From Candidatus Omnitrophota bacterium (lineage in GTDB: Bacteria; Omnitrophota; Gorgyraeia; Gygaellales; Profunditerraquicolaceae), in assembly GCA_026387435.1 (NCBI GenBank), contig JAPLLS010000093.1:1059-65058 (forward strand): 64,000 bases of DNA, written 5' to 3'. The position numbers and the translations under genes were made by a program. The notes beneath the pieces were generated by a model that made no database searches, had not been told where the DNA came from, and saw only the letters and a list, made by a program, of their open reading frames with translations. Shown one piece after another: positions 56,501-62,400 of the stretch (positions are counted from its first letter, which is position 1; each line of letters begins with the position of its first letter).

Positions 56501-58470
56501 GATGGAAGATAAATCCGGTGCGCTATCTTTTGCGCAACATGAATCCCTTCGACGAAGAAGAAGACCGGCCGGGTAAGCCTGATCTGGCGTTCGGGGTGAC
56601 CATAGATCTGAGCGGCAGCATGCAGGGGTATTTTAAAGCGATCAAGGACATGAACGCGCTGTTCATGGCTACGTTCCAGAAGATCGGCAGGAAAAAGATA
56701 GATTACAGCATGGGTTACGAGAACAGGGCTTTCGGGGTGGTCAAGGCATTCGACGAGAAGCTGGGGCAGTCAGAATTGAACCGCAAATACGGGGAGTTCG
56801 GCGCCATCATCGATGCCCGCGGAAGGCCGGAAGATATAGGGGGAGAGGGGATCCATCTCTATGTCGCGGTGTGCGGAGTGATCGATAAATACAAGGCCAC
56901 TAAAAAGAAGAATAAGATCGAGATTATCATTACCGATGGGCAGGATATGGGAGGAGACTTGAGTTACGACATGTCCGGTCGTCCGATACCTTCTTTCAGG
57001 CTGAAACGCAAGCTGGATGAAGCCCGGCACCTGGGGATCGAGATCGTGGGGGTTGGTTTTAATACCCGCGATACCGAGGTCTTCGGAAAGTGGGTGCAGC
57101 TGGACGCGAACCAGGCGGACGCGGTGGTGGAGGCGCTTCTAAAGATCGCGCGCAGAAAGGCGCTCAGCGGCAAGCTGCCTGACGGGAACCTGGTTTCGGC
57201 GCTGAATATCAACCTCAACAGGTCCTGGGATAAAAGTCGAGCCGACGGCGGCAGCGAAGAGGCGGGATTCCGGTACGGCCAGAACGATAATGTTCAAACG
57301 GAAGATTTCGGTATTTCCCGCACAGCGCTTTCAACCCAGCAGCTTGGGCAGATGGAGCGGGGGGACGCGGTCATTACCATCGGCAGCTCCAAAGAATGGC
57401 GGGAAGCGAATGAGTCATACGCAGGATTCGTATTCAAGAATGGGACATTAATGCGATCCTGGGCGGCCGGAAAACCGCCGGCGATAAGCGGTGTTGTGCT
57501 GGCGAAATCCCTTGTCCGTGCCCAATCAAGACAGGAAGACAAGTCAGGGGGGGCGGTCAGCAAATATAGTGATTTTCGTACCGATTTAGAATCGTACAAT
57601 CGGCGTTTTTCTCCTCTTCTGGGAACAAAGATAGAGGAATATGTGATCGCGCAGGTGCGAAAAACAAAACAGATAATGCGGATCCTTGATTGGGGCTGCG
57701 GCGAAGGAGTCGCTTTAGTTGAACTGCTCAAGCGCCTGCCTGAAGATGTGCGTCCTATGGTCAAACTGTACGGCTTTAGCAATATGTATTTCGACGACTG
57801 GAAATTCCCCGAAGCAGCTGGTATCGATTTTATCCTCGATGACGGCCAGAACATCGGCTCTTATTTCGGAGGGGAACTCCCGATCGACATGGTCATCAGC
57901 AATCTCGGCTTGTGCCATGTCGAAGATATCGCTTATCTGGAAAAGATCGGCGCGATCATGAAGGACGAGGGGATACTGTTGACCGATGCTGTTTATGATG
58001 AACAGACCTGGGAAGACTGGCAAAAGTCGGCAAGGCAATTGTTCGAAATCAACTTTGATAAAAGAGCGACAAGATTAATGGCAAAGAAGAAGTCAACTTC
58101 CCGACCAGTCGGTCAGGACGGTGGAACGGCGCAAACAGATGATTTGGGCGGTATCGATTTTCGCCAGATCCCAGTAGCTGGTGAATCAGCGGTGACTACA
58201 GCGCTTACTCCGCAGCTGCAGCAGCTGGCGCAGAATTCCAAGATGGCAGATTTGGACCAGGAATGGAGCTGCATCCGTGGAGAAATGCTCGCTCCCCAGA
58301 TGCCGTACGGGAAGATCAGGGAATACATCGCGGTCTGCCTGAGCAGGCCGGGCTGCCGGAAGAAACTGGACCAGGCAGTAACCTGCATCATCGATATTCT
58401 CAGGATGGAAGAAGATCAGGCTCTGGCTACTAACCAGGAGCTCAAAGATATATTGATGTATTTAAGCTAA
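43552..58470 (+). CDS. Giant exported multidomain protein 1 (4972 aa): conserved N-domain, six AAA+ modules, 2 beta-propellers, HExxH region, VWA, SAM-methyltransferase, GGIDF tail
   Basis: Start placed at MINRILAFLISF by alignment with the paralog at 58475. Walker A GPTGTGKT (46786), GEPGGGKT (49981), GETGVAKT (54556); HEARH (55420); DLSGS (56605); DWGCGEG (57688); GGIDF (58147). Confidence 0.9.
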   Translation: MINRILAFLISFCLIFEQTGFAQLAIPIGIPGYLSLLAPVADKFRPIHLRSIDLSSGNGNFELILDKGDLKDIQPRQLEETTKELYRYFQIGLALPNKYFWVNLRPDSPDSMIEPLLAKTDLGKVMLEADLQLKKDLANFTSLQTPEGKLYWDKLYSKASELYNQQDIQIPTLTRPWIVPGEVVIRSSQTGAFVYKATLKVMLEQDYIKDSPAYNFNDPRLKELNGYSSQLIRELIIPKLTREVNSSRRYSQLRQVYYSLILAQWFKSKSFGVAMVEGRVAMAQKTDSQDLSGLTSKTSWSKDTYFQAYKKSFQKGEYNQQEQVNSLNGISIRQYTSGGIQIMDQLKIQEIPGSVADFFTGNQEYFARLSMNSLTGDVNILPASPVLKSGGAQEFDGGKKISQESEKAKDAKRGNDQAFSSVREKFMLLTEAEKEELNRRLRELHQDSLSQTSLNKEESDREFYTITIREQRRFIAVFLDKFCAEIDLEVALRKEEAAVRTLGYLFSKIAGLFAKYLSKKKEIGKNRLEAVKRREIFDRAWQEASRIYLDMFPQPEKRTWNAPANVPAIYAEAYDKLQSCLTTDIPALFLYSLESRDSLDRAFELYQRNNPQVIVERVICTPDSDRMQLIGADMPVSAQDREFSKEKIRFQKGVLYRLVDQAKADPSKIFVLRLEQVEALSAKVWVQLNQFLLTGELWIPETNEKLILPDNLKIVASLSSGLRDSAFYDRFLRKQLNIPDRKSLVDYAVTRFGLPQVLIEEYCNLQADNSDKITMGQLLVLFSYMKGRLADENISANSQRGRAIITEERDLFFRSMARGKENILLAMGKKEEEPGGGNDPDTEMLNEVLEFSTENRLQITADFTPEEIGEIVLKYPADWKNKLKELKLIKEEERDLFFLARRSNEGPLKGINPDDETAMMVLEYGGKIGEVYSRMGELRTYAGLHKIDLSLEEARVIAILAPDQIEGILKGREDVSEVLMLVEMRMAFQSVITIVPGVKNVLVFEPKTGRFMADGVELPIRSELKDKIAEAMKTRDMEQAIREVFKAELGLTLTQDVARTLSAISRNYRYGTRVLRLEGPTGTGKTFMAQALAKMLDIPFYGEPFHAASKQSKLLGALKPDEKADYYMDSDTPFLQILEKGGVVALSELNAAVKDDKARFGWLMVPLARGDEKFILNQYPDGKETTRELTRHPDSMVIIDINPTESYEARGQLPGPLNEVTPAVWVEGRFESQELEDISGDYLAGLAQEDLDYYRGKIAGLHFAIQQELADEDGPWRQEEKEKREKFGGVDITQMLKAGRMSPMKAMKVFGPMFGVKMEGHDEEMAIQKTLAIDAPHIISLRELKRACRMIAENNGKLSREQNLIEAVMFYYGFAFKEIGDQERVERFIRRILAPSAPKWEPPIAIEKFVASGHRVICLVLDPEGADMQELRKAMKNNEIDKLNIERINGWVPLEVAKQGKIVNAEKEYPRLRATIEQLFENDSESFEKSIGFLITLKKQNKPDQGVVVSNELDQKLQELKSAAEQWAGSGNKLVKPWEMLDMIEKEQQRKSGTTVEVMAKVLAGKPPSISKEFAKKLLELRSRPARTSGVAEEIEKELKETPPPFVSSGTNDIPLRTRSVREDIRDWGTNPDRPIVARPDMKSDEYGVMVMDVDGTLIGSRLSGVAEDIEKELIKLMRSAVEPATGVPVDWNQIMLKYLKEPEPPLAEFQDKGLQYYLDYSLFRTKEPTLLSMDAVNDPMAQLRSAAEKRGRVVIEKLNTNLFTDDFTLFGGYIPDSEREAETGEAQLRLADGAMSRFIAQAAKAREEDKNLPEAERRIFVLAFENYHYLRPQIAVALNVILQERVYYPPTSTDRIELPDNLRFFATATNEAEFNLSLAEQSRWARIFFHKPNGPAPQADNDLYSSADPGLAGMLPTVAGGAMPYDNDSISAKDLMRMARVDVEGMLVNKPSRPPSDSGSMTTAGGAMLDILTSASELAEKYLKDAGIKIKIEDNGKITLPELREMKYKRLGSLEEKLKGADDKEISSFAQDDLVPRFTADPKLEQLIEDYCREFPAVDKEEVRVAAEAVAKKKGPGEEPVTIKEVQYTSAEELRNAYKIEPFERQHEPLAEEELMVPTNELLRQESMMVNAMNRGQVIICEGEPGGGKTDMGIDIAERLGLDSYIYSGHAGAHLRDFIGAYTKDEKGRFVLTCLPDKDGHFKVPFLEFYTHGGVYTFDEGALGKYPQALISWLTGIARGEQELVINEHPGQEPLRLKRHKHFHIVITTNPVDETPGRESISVEVLKAARRIWVENKLSDASYQAILDRFYDFYSRQSKVELIADRDGLIGLNIALHKLMQKFVSDEVTLENPERHLLTMRDMRGWVKAFMSELGKGVLLEEAFMTPFELFYLKQFSPEAYALAREQVDSLLLNQEIAKVFNKKALKESNGRPLKYAAAETIRTTPSKTIKSGSAGNVKAQANEQSLIAHEWTGELKVSKEDAVMTDERLKSLQELVASLSFPESSVHFHYGDMAILKGASGEDVFVYTEAGSIMILRKNSAGRFERTEIKNSLQGSGRSFNAFLNERGLLTVVTKEFDSDKITLTREMEPDVFRSKTIQVNGIDHFGLSFKAIQDLQGKLVFADTNEQKSVITLCRERDNFIPKDLMFSGHDLCRRIDLLEDAQGKLTIAVSGEDTLAIMQEKNPDEFEVRELRKSTLSNGQVQLMRDKESKLIIAAVGMLSGTGPKDPLPEKKDGLTILREEDDQTFSESRLEGKIYGSFDAMTDEEGFLSIVSYNPERHSQAGKEELYNSPEIALLKEVSLDEFTRKIMKRPEEKTVTNKVNIFRDQDGSVSFVSGHVGYINIWKDDEAQFTAFGAADPARAKPKKFASSEVVKHTSGPIATKNIGALEVSDVKDYSAGELKTKTVEAVSAVGKVENMSSSVLRELKFELRIEEYPNFSGDKIRVVRDEQGLLTIVTISSADIAIWRQNAEGGFEVSMVKGAQDNWGTQMRVVPGSDGLLYIVTEAEKDDGLKVWQEIEKNKFRITILPRPASGRGFDAFSDDKGGLTIVNSHSRAQDEDSIKNGDSTFDIWEIHKDGSCALRQGVLPAVPTRKKVFLLWAGRDPSGRLQFMCDDPANSNDILICTEVQKDRFSIELLRAGNEDILLAKGAFRDGAGKLNIFGRMSKQGPVLFDQTEQGKFVQTVLDMPLFGASVAVTKNSWGLYSLGVNSKEYESSIGIESKVSLIAQGQDKEFRVKKFRLRENFDEIIAFVDEEGYSTFVSSHEGVIRIWKDDEERFKKAPEPLPDEQEEFVDKGLTIGSEEQVKADLSRVFEYGAHGLLLLEPGAREHQIIREFGKENGYQLLHLESVPEMTDMEIIGGLFPILEDEPRDNGREFRVKPGFLSRHLVPEEQRNEPGKKKLLILHNIDALPERVRAALNNFLIKGYLEIKDDSGRSKRYYLPSGTDIVATISSKSQREFSSAFFNRFVKIYVPSIKVFHRGFSELLQLLMFQCGLSEYEARQLQKIYIMVKALEEGGQFWPSGTDYNFTAKDALLLGEFVRLARQEAGGQLGRKDMERLIVQEALRAYGGRLCEHEEDYTNFVDLILKNIFDHEVVEELSGEVLMEEGRLLALSGVNLPAGSRGLAWDKTDPRYRLTLVPTITRTMSGILRGWQAGRMVSIVGETGVAKTTMGVFLSQLLFGASNGMEHYYIYSTHGESKARDMTVQLRMNREGAFRLEMQEFLKRVKAGNQVIIVDEANMRPEMLWVLNGIARGEKEVSVEIPGEEPFTVEIGDNVYILLTMNPESYTDRGEVPGVLLENVFRLWAPARYAQDEVIRILNDLIDASQQAAVSKRLSLIQARSTLSGAAALVTLEDFIKRVDEIGFDNALEERTIKELRKLERDILAMESVRKKMNKVRSGVAVAVPKTRIIFSILTWWGSTDDRTTIIVPLHELANSKRTPETIIGIVLHEARHQLYSLSHPEMEKVAEPEHLQIVKKEEFHNFWNGLEDVRINYINDPVMAGERAYIKASLDEMCKDLTQEQISEMVKNYEFEMDNIFLFELVFYGRTGRYRNSFASLPEPMQQALRSVIEKNGAEQSLLDQVTNNEQVLPDMAGIQQGKKDFAQERLRSGKVSLGAMCAKIWPIYEKLLKQADENREKAGKKKEGKGGRGKGGGKGSGGQRDGMPSFGRISREELEDLIENTPLGALPESLRGGRSGGRPGRGNPAGQDDAGGGEGSEGDGSEGDNNDDNQSGRPNFMNDEDRDKDADNDLDRKINEAKNKRTEEMKKNEPLNYALSNIPAASKRLADGLVQLFRVPDEPDIEESPSGWKINPVRYLLRNMNPFDEEEDRPGKPDLAFGVTIDLSGSMQGYFKAIKDMNALFMATFQKIGRKKIDYSMGYENRAFGVVKAFDEKLGQSELNRKYGEFGAIIDARGRPEDIGGEGIHLYVAVCGVIDKYKATKKKNKIEIIITDGQDMGGDLSYDMSGRPIPSFRLKRKLDEARHLGIEIVGVGFNTRDTEVFGKWVQLDANQADAVVEALLKIARRKALSGKLPDGNLVSALNINLNRSWDKSRADGGSEEAGFRYGQNDNVQTEDFGISRTALSTQQLGQMERGDAVITIGSSKEWREANESYAGFVFKNGTLMRSWAAGKPPAISGVVLAKSLVRAQSRQEDKSGGAVSKYSDFRTDLESYNRRFSPLLGTKIEEYVIAQVRKTKQIMRILDWGCGEGVALVELLKRLPEDVRPMVKLYGFSNMYFDDWKFPEAAGIDFILDDGQNIGSYFGGELPIDMVISNLGLCHVEDIAYLEKIGAIMKDEGILLTDAVYDEQTWEDWQKSARQLFEINFDKRATRLMAKKKSTSRPVGQDGGTAQTDDLGGIDFRQIPVAGESAVTTALTPQLQQLAQNSKMADLDQEWSCIRGEMLAPQMPYGKIREYIAVCLSRPGCRKKLDQAVTCIIDILRMEEDQALATNQELKDILMYLS

Positions 58471-58474
58471 AACT

Positions 58475-59494
58475 ATGATCAAACAGATAGTAGCATTCCT
58501 AATCTCATTTTGCTTAATTTTCGAACAGACCGGGTTTGCCAAGCTGGCTATTCCTATGGGCATACCTGGTTATTTAAGTTCGCTCGCTCCGGTTGCCGAT
58601 AAATTCCGGCCAATCCATCTGCGTTCCATTGATCTCAATCCCGGTAATGGTAATTTTGAACTTATCCTGGATAAAGGCGACCTGAATGATATCCAGCCCC
58701 GTCAGTTGGAAGAAACCACCCAACAGCTTTACCGGTATTTCCAGGTAGGATTAGTTTTGCCGAACAAGTATTTCTGGGTCAACCTCAGGCCGGATTCCCC
58801 GGATGAAGTTATCGAGCCTTTACTGGAAAAGACCGATGTCGGCCGGATCATGTTAGCTAGCGATCTGCAATTAAAGAAAGACCTGGCCAATTTCACTTCT
58901 CCCCAGACTCCGGAAGGCAAACTTTACTGGGACAGGCTTTACGCCAAAGCAGGTGAGCTTTACAACCAGCAAGATATTCAAATCCCCACCTTGACCAGGC
59001 CGTGGATAGTTCCCGGGGAAATCGTGATCCGTTCCAGCCCAACCGGGGCTTTTGTTTACAAGGCTACTTTAAAAGTAATGCTGGAGCAGGACTATATCAA
59101 AGATTCCCCGGCTTATAATTTCAGCGACCCAAGGCTAAAAGAGTTGAACAGTTATTCCTCCAAGCTTATCCGCGAACTGATCATTCCCAAGCTGACCCGG
59201 GAAGTCAACTCATCCAAAAGATACGCTCAGTTGCGCCAGGTGTATTATTCGTTGATCCTGGCCCAGTGGTTTAAGTCGAAATCTTTTGGAATGGCTATGA
59301 TCGAAGGTCGGGTGGCGATGGCACAAAAGACCGATAGCCAGGACTTGAGCGGGTTGACTTCCAAAACCAGCTGGTCAAAAGACACTTATTATCGGGATTA
59401 CCGTAAATCATTCCAGAAGGGGGAATACAATCGCCAGGAGCAGGTCAGTTCCGTCTCAGGCCTTTCCATCCGCCAGTATTTCAGCGGCGGGATC
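58475..59494 (+). repeat. Duplicated 1020-bp N-terminal domain, copy 2
   Basis: Colinear with 43552-44571; both end in Y(T/F)SGGI. Confidence 0.95.
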
Positions 59495-62400
59495 ATGATG
59501 ATGGATAAGCCGGTTGGAGAGTGGACCGTGATCAGTAAAGACGGCGGATTTGCGGCTAACCAGCCATTTTTCGAGCGGTTGGCCATAGATTCCCGCGGGG
59601 ATGTTGCTAATTTACCGGCCAGCTCTACTTTAGCCGACGGCGGACAGAAAACCAATGTGCCCAGTGTAGAAACGGTTAAGGCCGCTTCCGGTTCCAACCC
59701 AAAAAAGGCTGTGCGTTTACGCGATATCCCTCAGAAAATCATAGATTACGAAGCTTATTTAGCTCCGCCGTTGGGCGTAGGGGCTGCGGTATTCGTGTAT
59801 TCTATCAGTCCGGTTTTACTGTTGTGGCTGATCCCCGTCGGAATTGCCGCCGTAGCTATAATCGGAGCGGAGCTTGCGTCATTAGAGTATCGTAATATAA
59901 AGAAAACCGATCCGGATCTGCTTTTGATCGTCCGGGGAAATCCGCTTAGCCTGATCAATGCCGTAGAATCGTTGGCATTGGGATTAGACGGGATCTTTGA
60001 TATGGGGGAAGTCTGGCGTTCCCCGAGTAAAGTTTTTGTCAACCTTACCCGGATTATGTACTCTTTGCCGACAGGGCTTATTTGGACCGCCATGGAATTG
60101 GCCATTGATTACTTTAATGGTTCGCGCACGGGTGAAAATATTCTTAAATCCAAGCTGGATATGATGCGCTTTGCGATCCGCCACTCAAGCGGGATCAATC
60201 CGCTAAAAGTCATGTACAAGTTATTTCCTAGGTGGTGTTTTGCCAAAGGCGATGTCGAACGCAGGTTCATGCTTTATGAGACAACGCTGTTGCATGTACG
60301 AAGCAGCGGCGACCTTGAGGCCGCCAAGGAAGACACTTTCCGAAACAATACTTTCTTTGCTTCTGAAGCGGCTTTTTACCACCTGCTCAAACAGTTAAAG
60401 TTGGAAGAGTTCGATGAGACCCTGGAGAAAATTAAACAAGGCGACAACATCCTTTATCGGGGGTCGCAGATCAAGAAAAAGAACATAAGTTCCGATGACC
60501 TGATCAATCTCTATCTGGCAGAGCGCAACAGTATCTGGCAAGTACGTCAGGATAGAGGTTTGACTGAACAGGACCAGGCGCTTATTGATTTTTTCGCCAA
60601 ACGCGGCTTATCCGCCACACCCGATTACCGGAATATGCCGTATTATGCGTTCGTTGTTTTAAAATTGCTTGACCGGCATTTCAAGGATTACTTCAGCGCA
60701 AATGAACTCCTGGGAACACCCAAGTGTAACGAGCTTCTGGAAATGGACCACTTGACGAATGAGGAAGTCATCAAGGATTTGATAGAAGCAAGGATCGTCA
60801 TCGAAAACGGCGATGAATATTTCCTCTCTGAAAACTTCAAACAAATCTTCCTGCGATTCCTCGATAAAAACTACAGCGAAATAACCGAAGCCGAGCTTTC
60901 CGGAGTGCCCGAACACGAAGGAGCGCTCCATGTCGACGGTAAATTATATCGCTGGGCTCAAAACGCGGCATCATCGCAGCGGGGCAAAGAGGCGTTAGAC
61001 GGCGGCACGAAATCAATAATGCAAGCGCAGGGGCAAAATAAAATAAAGGTGATTAACTATCCCCGCAGCGGAGTAATAGCGGAACCGAATGTTATCGGTT
61101 TGAAGAATATCGTTACCGGCAAAGATTTTGAACTCCGCAGGATCAGCTCGAAGAAGAACAGTTTTTCGGTATGGATGGATAATGTCAAACTAAAAAGCCT
61201 TTTCGAGTTTGATGAGGATGAAAAGGAGGTCGCCGTACATAATATGGCCGTTCCGAGCGAGTATACTTCGCAGGGAATAGGGCTTACCGTCCTGCGATAT
61301 TTGGCCCAGCGCGCCAGGACAGGAGGCAAGGATCTGGTTTTACATACCGTATTCAGTTATGCCGTGGCCCGGATGTGCTACGAACATATCAGTAAGAATG
61401 CGCGATACCGGGAAAAGGTGCGTCATATTGAAGATGAGTTCGCCAAAATGATCTCAGTGCGGTTATTGGATGACGGCAGGGTTTTGGCGGACTGGAAGTC
61501 GGCTGCGGGAAAATCACCTCTTACCTACCAGGTTTTTTTATCAAAAGGCGTTTTGGATATTTCTATCAGGAACGAAGATATTATGACGACAGGGGAGGAA
61601 TCCGATGGCGGAAAGGAGTTAGAGGTCGCAGAGGCAGGGTTGAACCGGGATGATATGGAGAAATGGGTTTCTGATGCTTTGGAGAGGCCTGAACTCGCAG
61701 CGGGCATAAAGTCGGATGTCGGCGATGTGCTGGAGATGTCCGAGCAAGAGCTGGGGGGATGGTACGATTATTTCAGGGCGCGCGCGCTCAAGCAGTTGCG
61801 CGAATCGAAATCAGTCAGGATGCTGGAGAACAAAAAAGGTTTCAAGCTCTGGTTCCGGCTGAATGACTTTGACTTGGGTGGGTTGTTGTATCTTCTGGAT
61901 GAATTTAAAGATCATTCTTTGTCGCCGGAAGTTTCTTCGGCGCGAACAAAGCCCGGGATCTTAGAATCGCGCTGGCTGCGGTATACGATGCTGTTTTTGT
62001 TTGGGGCAACGCTATTTTCGAGTTTAGTCCCTCTTGTTTCCGGCTTAGACGCGCAGCTACTTGAAAATCACAGCGGTACAAACAACACCTTTGACCAGCC
62101 GGTTACCGTTTCTACTGAGGTTTTGTTCGACGAAATCCTCTCCCAGGATCGATCCCAGCTTGTGGTCGTGAACCCCTACCTGGAACAATATGTCAATAAG
62201 CTGCTGGACTGGGATAGTAAGGATTTAAAGAACAAAGCTTCTAAACTCACTGTTATCAGCACCCGCGACTTAAGAACTTCCGGGGAATTTAATAATCTTT
62301 TACAAAGCGAAAAGAAGCAAGGCAACGCGGACAGGGTAATTTTTGTCGGGAAATACGATAAATATCAGATAACACAATATCTTTCGCAGGATCAAAAGCT

